Virus record (IMG/VR): IMGVR_UViG_3300011868_000001
Coordinates: 32,001-96,000 of that record
Source: a virus
Lineage: Duplodnaviria; Caudoviricetes
DNA: 64,000 bases
Reading direction: 5' to 3' (one strand)
The position numbers and the translations under genes were made by a program. Numbering within the stretch: the stretch's first letter is position 1; every line of letters begins with the position of its first letter. Positions 27,474-37,799 of the stretch are shown piece by piece. The notes beneath the pieces were generated by a model. That model worked only from the letters and a program-made list of their open reading frames with translations. It was not told where the DNA came from and did not search any database.

Positions 27474-28394
27474 ACGCTGGTACAGCTGGCACGACAAACG
27501 ACGCTTAGGAACACCCAGCTCATCGAGCTTAGCGTCGATCAGCTTACCCAGCTCTTCACCTCGGATATCATTATCCAGATCACACAGCCACGCCGAGTAT
27601 TCCGTGTAGCAGCCATCCCAACCCGGCTGAATGATCCGCTCACGTTCTTGCCGGGTCAGCGGCACGGTGTAGAATTGGAACATCGAATGGCACGGTGGGA
27701 GGGCTTGTTCCTCGACGACCGCAGGGTTCCAGGCGCTGACGATCATTCGGCGGCTGTCGGGATTGGTCTTCAGCATCTTGATCAGGTTACTGATCTGGTC
27801 GACCGACTCACCGTCGGGCGATGGCCAGCTGCGCCATTGCGAACCATAGACTGGACCGAGTTCACCGGCGATGAGCGTTTTGGTAGAAACACCACGTTCT
27901 TCAGCCCACGCAAATGCCATGGCGTCATAATCAGGATGTGCCCAGTAAATAGTACCTGGGATGTCCGGACCATTCTTGACATGCATGGTTTTGCCTTGGA
28001 TCTTTTCATAGCCTTCCTTATACTCGGAAAGCCAATACGGCTTGACCCACTCGATGAATTCTTCTTGCAGTCCTGCCGCTTTGATACGGGCATTAACCTC
28101 AAGAAGCGTAGCTGGTCGATATTCTTCAGTACCCGGCTTGACCCACTCATCCCAGATCGAGACACCGTGCTCTTTCAGGTAGCGGATGTTGGTCTCACCC
28201 TGAAGGAACCACAGCAGTTCGTGGATGATCGACTTCAGATGGCATTTCTTGGTCGTGACCAGCGGGAATTTACCGTCGCCAAGATCAAATCTCATCTGAT
28301 AACCGAAGACACTGTAAGTGCCAGTGCCAGTACGGTCTTCCTTGTAAACGCCATGTTGACGTACGTGCCTTAGCAGGTCGAGATATTGTTTCAT
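27474..28394 (-). CDS. thyA: thymidylate synthase, exon 1 (with two in-frame insertions)
   Basis: MKQYLDLL...DRTGTGT...ELLWFL...LGPVYG.QWR...SRR...ALPPCH...SCQLYQR. Confidence 0.95.
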
Positions 28395-28680
28395 TTCCTT
28401 ACTTCCTCAACGACGTGATATTTAAAGACCAGAGAACGCTAGTTTGCGAGTGGTAGGACTCGTCCGGATGAAACGTACACCGGCTTGGGTGAAACAATTT
28501 TCAACCAGTTCAGCAGGAGTCCAGTTAGAGGTTTCAAATGCTCATGGAAGTAACTCCCTTTAATAGGTGGCCAAAGGCCTTCATATTCCATCCAACCCAT
28601 CAGCCATCTGATAGGTCAGATACGTTCAAAAACACATGGCGACTCGGCATAGTGGGGAGGGCCGAAGCCCTCCCCTTATG

Positions 28681-28848
28681 TCAGATGAAGCCAATCACCT
28701 GGAAGATGCGCTCGATCATCAGATAGAACGCCCAGGGAAAGAAGAGGATGGTAAACAGCGTCGACCAGAAACCTTTGGCCAACACCACCCCACCGATCCA
28801 GAACACCATGAACATCATGGCTAGATGCGCTTTGACGAGGAGCTTCAT
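28681..28848 (-). CDS. small two-TM membrane protein
   Basis: MKLLVKAH...; hydrophobic; ATGA-coupled. Confidence 0.65.
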   Translation of the reverse strand: MKLLVKAHLAMMFMVFWIGGVVLAKGFWSTLFTILFFPWAFYLMIERIFQVIGFI

Positions 28849-29519
28849 ACCGCACTCTCCAGTCGACCATTGGCACCAGCGGCCGTCATGCCCACACTCT
28901 GGAACGTCTTGTCGAACGTCATGGTGGTGTAGAACGCCACGGCGTCCTGCATGTTGGTCACCGAATCGACGCAATGGATCGGCCGAGTGAAGCGCGGGAA
29001 CTCGAACGACGTCAGGTCAAAGCGCTGCTGGACCGTCAGGTTGTTGTATTGGATCGGCACGGCGAGATTCGGCATGCACTTAAGGGCCAGAGCGATACCA
29101 TCATCGTCAGCTTCACCCAGGTCCAGAGTGTCGAGGAAGTACATCTCACGACAGCTCAGGTGATTGACCGCCCGATGCCGTTTCAAGGCCGAGGCGATCT
29201 CAGCAGCCGGCAGCAGCGAGATGAACATGAGGTCACCGGCTTGACCGTACGCATGGTTACGTTCACGTGCCTGCTCAACCTCACCCATGGCGCGGAACAA
29301 CGCATTCCATGCACCGGAAGGACGGATGCGGAACAGACGCGCATTACGCTTCTTGAAGGTGGCATTGATCGCGGCGCTGGGACGCTTGTTGTTATCACCC
29401 AGAATGAAGAACTCCTTCACCTGCCCCTGATTGTTGACCACTGCTTCGGCTTTCTCATAGGAGTCGACAAAGACGATGGCGTGGCTCAGGAGGGTGAGCG
29501 GGTTGGCTTGTTCTTGCAT
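28845..29519 (-). CDS. hypothetical protein
   Basis: RBS AAGGGG before MQEQAN. Confidence 0.7.
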   Translation of the reverse strand: MQEQANPLTLLSHAIVFVDSYEKAEAVVNNQGQVKEFFILGDNNKRPSAAINATFKKRNARLFRIRPSGAWNALFRAMGEVEQARERNHAYGQAGDLMFISLLPAAEIASALKRHRAVNHLSCREMYFLDTLDLGEADDDGIALALKCMPNLAVPIQYNNLTVQQRFDLTSFEFPRFTRPIHCVDSVTNMQDAVAFYTTMTFDKTFQSVGMTAAGANGRLESAV

Positions 29520-29547
29520 TTGTTTCCCCTTAGTGTTGGCGGTAGAT

Positions 29548-29862
29548 TTAGACAGCGTCTGCTGTCTCGAAATGATCCGGGTCGATGCTACACGACAAGG
29601 CGAAGCGTCCCAATAATGAAACGGCTTCGTCGGCGGTAAATGCAGAAGGGGCGACCTCCCGTATCGACAACCGCTGTGTGATCTGCGCCAGGCGCTTCTC
29701 GACATCAGGTTTGAGCATCGGCACATACTTTAACTGTACGGACTTCAGGATACGCCAAATAGGCTTGACCTGCTCCAAAGCGGCGTACGACTTGACCTTC
29801 TCTAGTTCTTGAGTGAAGCCATCTAGCTGTTGGAAGGTTTCGTACCAAATCTCTTCAATCAT
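29548..29862 (-). CDS. hypothetical protein
   Basis: RBS GAGGA before MIEEIW. Confidence 0.65.
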   Translation of the reverse strand: MIEEIWYETFQQLDGFTQELEKVKSYAALEQVKPIWRILKSVQLKYVPMLKPDVEKRLAQITQRLSIREVAPSAFTADEAVSLLGRFALSCSIDPDHFETADAV

Positions 29863-29869
29863 GGGGTCC

Positions 29870-30337
29870 TCACGACCGGGACGCAATGAGCGGTTCGCTC
29901 ACAGGTTGTGCATCGGTATCTGTTGGTTCAGACGCTGCGGGTTGCTGACGAAACTGCGACCCCGGTGGATAGACCACAGGTGGTACCGCAATGACGTTGA
30001 TCTGACCACTCTCGGTCATGGTTTTAACACCCACAGTACCGGCATTGGCCACCACTGCCCGAACAGCATGGTACGGTACGGTCATGATGTGATCGGCCCC
30101 TTCGACTTGAATGGCGACGGTCATCTCCAGATCACCGAACTCCAAGTGTGTGGTAAAGCCAGGCGACACACAGACCACAAAATCACCGTACGTACCGCCT
30201 TGGAAAGTAGCCAGTACCGTATCGCCCAAGACCGCATTGTCGATCAATAGACACGCCCCAACGGTGCGGTCGTTAAAATAGTCAATGGCAGCCTTGATAA
30301 GGTACTTGGCCCAAAGGACATGACTGCTGTGATCCAT
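29870..30337 (-). CDS. second, divergent SspB-like protein lacking a ClpX-binding tail
   Basis: YLIKAAIDYFND...VVCVSPGFTTHLEFGD.EMTV...G....MTVPYHAVRAV aligns by eye with the SspB core. Confidence 0.6.
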   Translation of the reverse strand: MDHSSHVLWAKYLIKAAIDYFNDRTVGACLLIDNAVLGDTVLATFQGGTYGDFVVCVSPGFTTHLEFGDLEMTVAIQVEGADHIMTVPYHAVRAVVANAGTVGVKTMTESGQINVIAVPPVVYPPGSQFRQQPAASEPTDTDAQPVSEPLIASRS

Positions 30338-30396
30338 AACCAAACCCTCATGTTGTCATGGTCAGTGTATATCATAGGATCACAGCAAGCTGTCTT

Positions 30397-31140
30397 TTAT
30401 TCCCCATCCATGGCGATCTGACCGGTTTCATCATCGAAGGTCAGGTTGACCTTGGTGATATGGTCAGGTTGGTCACGTAGAAACACCTGAGCAGCCAACG
30501 CAAGGTAATCCACACTTCGAGTAGGCTCCCATTCAAAGAGAAAGGGTCGACGGTTGGCTGCCGTGCGATGGGTAGGGGTGTCGTTTATGTTCACCGAGAA
30601 GGCCCGATCAACAACCGGTGTGACTTCTGCCAGCATCTCGACATCGACCCAAGCCGAATCCAAGCCGAATAGCATCTTGACAAGCTGCCCGTAGGCAGGC
30701 TTGAGCAGATCACGACCGAAGACGAACTGTGACGCGTCGATATCATGGAAGATGAGCCAGTCGCCTTCCATGACCGGTTCTTCGTACAACCAGAGTATCA
30801 CATCGTCCTTGAATGAAGGATCAAGTTTGAACTTGAGCACCTCAAAGCATGGAGTCACCTCATCCTTAAACGAAGCGATCCACTCAACTTGAGTGTCCTG
30901 CTTGTTAGCCCCAGCGTGGACACTCAGGCGGCCACGAAAATGTGGCGTCCGAGTGGTCTCCTCATGCAGGACATCTGGGAAGGGAATCCCGGCGGCAGTC
31001 AGTAACCGCACAGCTCGCTGACAGGAAACACTCTGGAACAGTGTCAGGCGCTCGCCCTCAAGCTGTTCCAGCTCCATGTGCAGGTTGATGCCCAGTTCAC
31101 TCAGCAGACGCTCGATCCCCATCAGGGTCTTAAACGCCAT
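30397..31140 (-). CDS. hypothetical protein
   Basis: RBS AAGGAG before MAFKTL. Confidence 0.7.
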   Translation of the reverse strand: MAFKTLMGIERLLSELGINLHMELEQLEGERLTLFQSVSCQRAVRLLTAAGIPFPDVLHEETTRTPHFRGRLSVHAGANKQDTQVEWIASFKDEVTPCFEVLKFKLDPSFKDDVILWLYEEPVMEGDWLIFHDIDASQFVFGRDLLKPAYGQLVKMLFGLDSAWVDVEMLAEVTPVVDRAFSVNINDTPTHRTAANRRPFLFEWEPTRSVDYLALAAQVFLRDQPDHITKVNLTFDDETGQIAMDGE

Positions 31141-31750
31141 CGACAGGCTCCTTCTTGTATTCGATGATGGCTTTGGAAAGGCTATTGAATTCCTTAGCCT
31201 CCTCACTCGCCGTGGCTTGCGTCACACGCCCGTACGTGGTGCCGAGCTGCTTGACCAACTCGTCGACGACAAAGTTGTTCTCGCCCTTGACCTCAACCGC
31301 CCAGACAAATTCACCCTGAAGCACAGCGGGGAATTGGAAATGCTTGGTATCGAGCTCAATGCCGATGTGCGGCTGGTTGAAGATACTGATGACTTTGCCG
31401 ATGATGGTCTTGGCCAACGACATCATCTGTTCGCCTTCATTAGCGATGAAGTCATCAGGCGTGATCACATAGCTCACATAGACCGTAGGAGCGCCCTGGT
31501 TGGCTTCAAAGACGAAGTAGTGACGTACCCCTTCGATAACCGTATACGGCACCACATGGACCGCCAGAGGACGATACAGAGGGGGTTGTTCATCACTGAC
31601 GGTAAAGCAATCAAGCTCTTGACCATTGTCCTTGAGTTCGTCCATGAGTAGGTTGTCCAGTGCATAGCGACCAGACGTGTTTTCAGTAAACGCTACGCTG
31701 TCCAGAAGATCAGCCATCTTCTTAACGTTTAGTACATAGAGCTTTTTCAT
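31130..31750 (-). CDS. hypothetical protein
   Basis: 206 aa; coupled to neighbours. Confidence 0.7.
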   Translation of the reverse strand: MKKLYVLNVKKMADLLDSVAFTENTSGRYALDNLLMDELKDNGQELDCFTVSDEQPPLYRPLAVHVVPYTVIEGVRHYFVFEANQGAPTVYVSYVITPDDFIANEGEQMMSLAKTIIGKVISIFNQPHIGIELDTKHFQFPAVLQGEFVWAVEVKGENNFVVDELVKQLGTTYGRVTQATASEEAKEFNSLSKAIIEYKKEPVDGV

Positions 31751-32406
31751 ACCTTGCCCTTCCTCGATTGAATGCTTCTTAGGCGATTAATTTGCTCGAC
31801 ATGCCCCTTGATAGCACGCACATCTGCATGCTCCTCCAGCGGTATATCGTCGTTTTTAACGAAGTAATTGGTGCCAGGATAACGCTTCATCCCGGCGGTG
31901 TCCTTACTACATTGCATCTCGATGATTCGCGGGACACCTGAGAAACCGAAATGGGGGAAGAGCACGACTTTACCGAGAAAGTAGCCTTTATCGTATTCTT
32001 TCATCCACATTTCAGCAGCGTTGTGTTGAATCAGAAGCTCGTCTTCTTCATTCCAGAGATCGTCAGCTTTCAACCAGTTCTCACGGGTATCGAGTTTCAC
32101 CGGATAGATGGTTCGACACTTGTGACCGGTCATGATCATTCCGTGACAGCCATCGTCAATGAACTGTTTGATGATCACCGCACACTGCTCAACGTGATCG
32201 ATGCAGTAATGCAGGTACTTGAGCGGATTGCCTGCTACAATGAGGTCCATGAGCAGTTGGCGCTGTATGGGCAGGGTCGTCTCTTTAAGAAGGCGCGTGG
32301 CCATGGCGCGGACCTTCTTGGGGTTCTTGAGGTTGGCATCCTTGAAGACTTTGAGGATGGTCGACTCTTGGGCGAAGGAATCGGTGTAGCTGCTGCGATC
32401 TGTCAT
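31747..32406 (-). CDS. hypothetical protein
   Basis: 219 aa. Confidence 0.7.
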   Translation of the reverse strand: MTDRSSYTDSFAQESTILKVFKDANLKNPKKVRAMATRLLKETTLPIQRQLLMDLIVAGNPLKYLHYCIDHVEQCAVIIKQFIDDGCHGMIMTGHKCRTIYPVKLDTRENWLKADDLWNEEDELLIQHNAAEMWMKEYDKGYFLGKVVLFPHFGFSGVPRIIEMQCSKDTAGMKRYPGTNYFVKNDDIPLEEHADVRAIKGHVEQINRLRSIQSRKGKV

Positions 32407-32485
32407 GATGAGTGGCCTGTTGTCTATGCGTGAAACAAGGGAGGGGTATGACCCCTCCGGTTATGCTGGAAGATTAATCTGTGGT

Positions 32486-33256
32486 TTATTTACCGCGCAA
32501 ATCAGTAAACTGAGTTGCTGGCCCGGTGTTCAGATCGACCATGTCCGATACGGGAGCCGACACAATGTCGTGCACTTCACTCGGATCGAGTTCCATGGCA
32601 GCCGTCCGAAGTAGGGCGCGAGCGACGCTCTTACGGAACGCGTCGTTCTTGATCGCATGTTCATCGACCAGCGGACTGATGAACTTGTTGACGTAGTAGT
32701 CGCCTACTTGTTCGGGGGTGTGTTTGGCCAGGCCATTGACGATGGTTTCCATTTCGTCACAGCCCATGACCACCGGGATGCTGAAGTCACGGGTGGTGAT
32801 CCGACTACCGCCCGAATGCGCACCAGCAACGTTCTTGTTACTGAATACTGACCACTGAGTGGTGATGTTGTCCACGGTAAAGTAAGGACCTGCCATTACC
32901 GTCAATAGATCATAGAGTTCATCGGGGTTGATATCGGTTTCGATAACTGGATTATGGTAGCTGTCTTCGAAAACGCGGGTGTGTGGGACATAAGCCAGTT
33001 CCGTGGCTTTATCGCGCAGAGCGGCCAAGAGAACATCGAAACCCTGGTCTTCACTGTCGTATAGCCCATAGGCTTCGCCGCATGTCTCGATGGCATCCCT
33101 GACCGAAAGACTGTAGCCTTCATCTTGCACGAGGTCGAAGATGTCCGGATGATCCGTGCCTTGCAGATCGAGGACGACGACCAGCTCCTGTAGAGAAGGG
33201 TAATCATTGATGTTGGTGAAAACGATGCGGTGATATGCAACAGAACTCGTGTGCAT
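32486..33256 (-). CDS. hypothetical protein
   Basis: 256 aa; RBS AAGGAG; flanked by hairpins. Confidence 0.7.
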   Translation of the reverse strand: MHTSSVAYHRIVFTNINDYPSLQELVVVLDLQGTDHPDIFDLVQDEGYSLSVRDAIETCGEAYGLYDSEDQGFDVLLAALRDKATELAYVPHTRVFEDSYHNPVIETDINPDELYDLLTVMAGPYFTVDNITTQWSVFSNKNVAGAHSGGSRITTRDFSIPVVMGCDEMETIVNGLAKHTPEQVGDYYVNKFISPLVDEHAIKNDAFRKSVARALLRTAAMELDPSEVHDIVSAPVSDMVDLNTGPATQFTDLRGK

Positions 33257-33310
33257 GGTGTAACTCCTTCAAAATGCATAAAGCGGTGGGACACCCCACC
33301 GCCTATGTGG

Positions 33311-34000
33311 TTAAACCGCTTTCTTAAAGTGATACTTCAGGATGTTCAGCAGTTCCTTTTCGATGTCGGCAAAGACCTCTTCGATCGGACGTTCGACATT
33401 CACCACCAGATACCGTCCCGGATCTTCATGGACCTGTTCCAAGTGAATCTGCCGGCTACGTTGTTGGAACTCGAGTCCTTCCTTTTCCAGGCGATCGAGT
33501 TTACCACGGGCGATCATGCGCTCCTGTAAATTGACAGGATCGCCGTCGAGCAGGATGATCAGGTCAGGCTTGAAGCTACCGATGGTCAGGGCGTGAAGCT
33601 GCTTGAGCGTCGGCACATCGATCTTTCGACCACCGCCTTGGTGTGCGTACGTCGAATCATAGTACCGCTCGCAGAAGACCATTTTACCGGCCTGCAAGGA
33701 GGGTTTGATCAGGACTTCGGTGTGTTGAACACGACTGGCCAGATAAAGCAGGGCTTCGGTCATGTGAGTCCAGTCATCCTTGCCTTCACCGGTGCCCCAG
33801 ATGACCAGTTCACGCAAGATTTCGGCTGATGGCGTACCACCCGGTTCGCGGGTTCGGATGAAGTCGACTTCTTGACGCTGCATGAACTCAGTCACCATGT
33901 TAGCAATGGTGCTTTTGCCGGTGGCGTCGATGCCTTCTAGGGCGATGAAGAATCCAGGGGCGTTAGAGAGACTGGGTATTTTCACTTGATGTTCCTTCAT
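33311..34000 (-). CDS. tmk: thymidylate (dTMP) kinase
   Basis: FIALEGIDATGKST P-loop, TREPGGT, ERYYDST.AHQG, PDLIILLD. Confidence 0.95.
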   Translation of the reverse strand: MKEHQVKIPSLSNAPGFFIALEGIDATGKSTIANMVTEFMQRQEVDFIRTREPGGTPSAEILRELVIWGTGEGKDDWTHMTEALLYLASRVQHTEVLIKPSLQAGKMVFCERYYDSTYAHQGGGRKIDVPTLKQLHALTIGSFKPDLIILLDGDPVNLQERMIARGKLDRLEKEGLEFQQRSRQIHLEQVHEDPGRYLVVNVERPIEEVFADIEKELLNILKYHFKKAV

Positions 34001-34116
34001 TAACTAGATTGAACCACCGGTCCAGAAAATCTTGAACTGGGCTGGCTGTGGTTTCGGTAAATGTCATCACGATCCGTTTCCTGAACCAGGGTGTGCCACG
34101 GCGACGATTCTTTCTT

Positions 34117-34791
34117 CTATGGCCGATGTAAATCTTCTGTTTGCGCATGGACAGGCCCCTGTGGCATGGGAGGGATTTCAATCCCGCGTTTCGTCAACTG
34201 CTGCTCCAGCCAAGCAACAAACTTGATACGTTCTTCTTCCACGTACAGGTTGACTTTCTTCACCCCGTGCATGATGCTGATCTGTACCGCGGTGTTCGTT
34301 CCACCGTTCCATCTGGTCTGTTTCTTATTGGCCGGCTCTGCCCAAAAGATCGTCACCCAGCGTGGAAAACACAACTCCTCCGACAGCACCTGAAATGCAT
34401 TGCGGGTATGGAGGGCGATCCCGCTTGGGAAGAGCCCCTCGAAACTGCCGCGGGCTTTGAAGGCCAGTGCCTTAGCAGCTTCGTAGGTCTCGTAGCGTTC
34501 GGCCTCATGCATGCCATTGAGTGGATCGTGGAAGAGTCCGGCTCGTTGTTTCTTCAATCGGGTGTAGTACACTTGCGCCGGTGGCATGGTGTCGCGTTTA
34601 CCTTGGTTATACCCGAGGTAGAAGTACGTGTCAGAGCCTGGCGCATCGCCTGTACACAGCACGCCGCCAAGCAAGGCCATGCAATGGCCCACCCACATAA
34701 GCGTCGGGACATGCTCCTCTGGAACTTCACGACTGCCTACGCCACACCAAGTGAACGACCATTCCCAACCTGCACTCTTCCACAAATCCAT
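34117..34791 (-). CDS. SLOG/DprA-like Rossmann-fold protein
   Basis: GVGSREVP...TGDAPGSD..F...RNAFQVL...GGTNTAV. Confidence 0.7.
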   Translation of the reverse strand: MDLWKSAGWEWSFTWCGVGSREVPEEHVPTLMWVGHCMALLGGVLCTGDAPGSDTYFYLGYNQGKRDTMPPAQVYYTRLKKQRAGLFHDPLNGMHEAERYETYEAAKALAFKARGSFEGLFPSGIALHTRNAFQVLSEELCFPRWVTIFWAEPANKKQTRWNGGTNTAVQISIMHGVKKVNLYVEEERIKFVAWLEQQLTKRGIEIPPMPQGPVHAQTEDLHRP

Positions 34792-34916
34792 CTCTAACCC
34801 CCGGCTGAAGCTGCCCAATAGCCCAATAGCGAACCACCAATAAAGCCGAAGTAGGCCATCAGCCAACCTTCTTGTGAAAACATCAGTGCTGTGTCAACGA
34901 CCTGCTCGACCATGGC

Positions 34917-35465
34917 TCATTCCTTCAGTTGTTCACGCAGGGCGCACAGGTCCGGAACTTTCAACTCTGGCGTGGTGATGATGCCTGCGTACTTCTTGAC
35001 CGTGTCGTAATGGGTGATCTCGAAGGGAACGCCGAAGTAACCGTTCTCAAGGATGGTCCTGAGGGTGTCTTCACCTTCCACGTCGGCAAGCAGTTCGGTA
35101 TCGACGATCGCACTCAGTGTAACCGGCGGGATCAGCTGGCCGTTATAAAACGGGGTGTTTTCCGCCTGACGCAATGCCATCTTCAGATGACCCGGCAGCA
35201 CCGGGAAGTTACCTTCGCCACGATCAGCGGCTTCCATGATGAATAGCGAACCCATTAGGGCCCAGTTGTTCATCCACCAAACAAAGATGTGGGTTTCTTC
35301 ATGGCCCTTGGTTTCAACGAAACCCCGACCGGTGATATCGAGCTTCCAGTAACGGTTGTCACGCTCAGTATGGAAGATTTCATCGGCATGCAATTTGCCG
35401 TCAAGGAACGCTAGGTCCAATGCAGCGCGGCTTTCGAACTTGATTACACGGTTGGTGATAGACAT
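34917..35465 (-). CDS. hypothetical protein
   Basis: 182 aa. Confidence 0.7.
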   Translation of the reverse strand: MSITNRVIKFESRAALDLAFLDGKLHADEIFHTERDNRYWKLDITGRGFVETKGHEETHIFVWWMNNWALMGSLFIMEAADRGEGNFPVLPGHLKMALRQAENTPFYNGQLIPPVTLSAIVDTELLADVEGEDTLRTILENGYFGVPFEITHYDTVKKYAGIITTPELKVPDLCALREQLKE

Positions 35466-35564
35466 GCGTTACAGCCTCACTAGGGTATGATCACAGTATT
35501 GAGAGAGGGGGTTTGTTTTTACAGCCAAATCCTATGACATAATTTTTTCTGTAAGGGCTGTCCC

Positions 35565-36293
35565 ATGTTCAAAACTAAGGTGTCAGGGGCCTGGCGCGAT
35601 GTTGTCTTGCGAATCAAGGTCCTTTCATCGTGGAAAGAAGTGGTTCGCGGCTCAGTCAAAGTAAGTGGGGCGTGGAAAACCTTTTACAAACGCTTGGTTG
35701 TGTCCAACGGTCTACTTAACTGGTGGGGGCTCGATGGTGTCAGGGCCGATTACATCACCATGACATCAGTGACTCTGGCTGCCGGCGCAAGCTTCCAGTC
35801 CATTGCGGGGAAACTCGCCCTGAGGCTGGTCAGTGGCGGCTATGCGACCACGCCCAGTATGGCCTTGGGTAGCGGACCTTGGACAATCAACCTTTGGTAT
35901 TATCCGGTCAGTATCGCCTCATACAGCCATCTGTTGACGCACGCCGATGGTCAAGTTTATTTTGCCCTCAAGCTTGGGACCACCGGTGCATTTCCGGGAC
36001 GACCCTATCTGTACGCACAAAGCCTCGGCGCATCCCAGGTCGCTGATACTGCCTTGGCGATGAACCAATGGTCGATGGTGACATTTACCTATACAGCCGG
36101 CCGATTGAGAATATACGTCAACGGTGTGCTATCGAGTACATTTTCGATCACGCTCACTGTCCCGGCAGGTCAGATGAGAATGGGCGTCGGACATAACGAA
36201 GAAGCCTCCAATGGCTATCAACGTGATGTCTCACGATTCGACCGAGAACTGACCCAGGCTGAGATTACAGCACTGTACAACGATCAGTTATAA
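35565..36293 (+). CDS. LamG/concanavalin-A-like lectin domain protein
   Basis: WTINLW...NQWSMVTFTY...LRIYVNG...FDRELTQAEI; three N-terminal KVxxxW(K/R) repeats; AATCCTATG at 35528. Confidence 0.85.
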   Translation: MFKTKVSGAWRDVVLRIKVLSSWKEVVRGSVKVSGAWKTFYKRLVVSNGLLNWWGLDGVRADYITMTSVTLAAGASFQSIAGKLALRLVSGGYATTPSMALGSGPWTINLWYYPVSIASYSHLLTHADGQVYFALKLGTTGAFPGRPYLYAQSLGASQVADTALAMNQWSMVTFTYTAGRLRIYVNGVLSSTFSITLTVPAGQMRMGVGHNEEASNGYQRDVSRFDRELTQAEITALYNDQL

Positions 36294-36698
36294 GACGATC
36301 CACAGCAGCAGAGCCGTGGCAATGAGTATCCCTGTAACGACCCAGGGCCAGCGCTTGCGGCGTTGTTGTTTGGATTGCTTCTTAGCGATTTGTCGCTCAT
36401 TCCACAAGGCGTTGTATTCTGCAGCGGCCCGAGACTCTAACTCATCGTACTGCTTAGCGCTGATAGTGCCTCTTGGTCCGTGGGAAATGACATCTTGTTC
36501 TGTTGGCCAGCTTTCAGATTCCCATTCTGATTGACTCCGTTCAACCAACGGACCGAAAAAAGCACCCAAATAACTGCGAACGCTTTGATCGTTGGTCTTT
36601 AAGTTAACAATGAATGAGGTAGCTGGAACCCAACCGTGACGAGTACGAGTGTATAGCTGAGTAATGTGATACATGACAACCCTCATGATAGACGACAT
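36288..36698 (-). CDS. C-terminally anchored membrane protein
   Basis: RRKRWPWVVTGILIATALLLWIVL; start uncertain. Confidence 0.6.
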   Translation of the reverse strand: MSSIMRVVMYHITQLYTRTRHGWVPATSFIVNLKTNDQSVRSYLGAFFGPLVERSQSEWESESWPTEQDVISHGPRGTISAKQYDELESRAAAEYNALWNERQIAKKQSKQQRRKRWPWVVTGILIATALLLWIVL

Positions 36699-36728
36699 AC
36701 AGGGAGGGCCGAAGCCCTCCCTGTATGC
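36694..36728. terminator. stem-loop (CATA-hairpin-TATG family)
   Basis: CATACAGGGAGGGC-CGAA-GCCCTCCCTGTATG. Confidence 0.7.
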
Positions 36729-36730
36729 TG

Positions 36731-37024
36731 TTACTTGTAGAACTTCAGGAACTTGGCCAAAGGCATGGTGTTGGCATGCTTGTCTTCAGGCTTGTTCTTG
36801 TAGGTCACCGTATCCTTCTTGACCGAGATCAGGAAGATTTGAGTGGTCTGACCATTGCGGGTAGTGGAGTAGAACTTGTTCAGCTCGCCAGTGAACACCA
36901 AGGGCTCAGGCTGTGGCTGCGGAGCCGGCTTGATCCCATTGAGGTTCATCAGCTCCCCGAGGCTGCTCAGATCGCGACTGTGCGTGGTCTGGCGGGGCTT
37001 CCGAGATAGCGTGGACGTGTTCAT
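36731..37024 (-). CDS. small basic hypothetical protein
   Basis: Likely start MNTSTL. Confidence 0.6.
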   Translation of the reverse strand: MNTSTLSRKPRQTTHSRDLSSLGELMNLNGIKPAPQPQPEPLVFTGELNKFYSTTRNGQTTQIFLISVKKDTVTYKNKPEDKHANTMPLAKFLKFYK

Positions 37025-37751
37025 CGAGTTTCCCTGTGTCATGTGTGGATGAAATGGGGTTAGAAGAAAGAGGTGGTGCCATGTGACGCTTGAACGCATT
37101 GATACCAAAATCGGGATTGGAGATGATCTTGACCTCAGTTACCAGTACAGCGATCTCATCGACATGCAATGAGATATCGGCCTGAAGGGCCAGTCGAAGC
37201 CGTTCGATGTCGTTATCATCGATGAGGGTGTGACGATGATCCGATAGCACGGATAACCGAAGCATACCCAGCAGTTCTCCTTGTAAGTCAATCATACTGG
37301 CCATCGCAATGAACGGACTATCGATGCCGGCCATTACTGTCAGCAAGTGATTCTGGTGGTTGAACACCGTAAACGAGTTGGACTCATAACGGTGAAGGAG
37401 TTTAGCTTCCCAGAACGACTCTGGGTTGAGCTTGAAGCGATATTCATCCATCAAGCGAGCGGCCGGACGGCGCATGGAACCGAAGTGAATTCTCACCTCG
37501 TTACCGATGTGCAATAAGCGTTTCTCTGTCAGGTACTGAATAAAGCCGGGCAAGGCTTCTTCAGTAAAGATATCGCGCGAGGATCGATTAACGCTTTCAC
37601 AAAAGGTGGCCATCTCATCACTGAGATCAATGTCTGAAAGGGCCACCACAGTGACGTGACGTTTCTTTTCGGGGATGGACTCGTCGTATGTAAAGGTAAG
37701 TATTTCTCCTGCCCGGACCTTTATCCTCCCCAGCGTATGATGCTCATACAT
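36906..37751 (-). CDS. hypothetical protein (3' end overlaps the next gene)
   Basis: 281-aa ORF; RBS GAGG. Confidence 0.6.
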   Translation of the reverse strand: MYEHHTLGRIKVRAGEILTFTYDESIPEKKRHVTVVALSDIDLSDEMATFCESVNRSSRDIFTEEALPGFIQYLTEKRLLHIGNEVRIHFGSMRRPAARLMDEYRFKLNPESFWEAKLLHRYESNSFTVFNHQNHLLTVMAGIDSPFIAMASMIDLQGELLGMLRLSVLSDHRHTLIDDNDIERLRLALQADISLHVDEIAVLVTEVKIISNPDFGINAFKRHMAPPLSSNPISSTHDTGKLDEHVHAISEAPPDHAQSRSEQPRGADEPQWDQAGSAATA

Positions 37752-37799
37752 GGCTGTGGACCTCAGGTTGTGGTTCAGTTCTATAATGTAGCGTTGAAA

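Noticed and set aside
27540-28140. Intein in thyA exon 1 (two extra segments)
   Set aside because: No Cys/Ser start with a His-Asn end and no LAGLIDADG motif; these look like ordinary variable-loop insertions.
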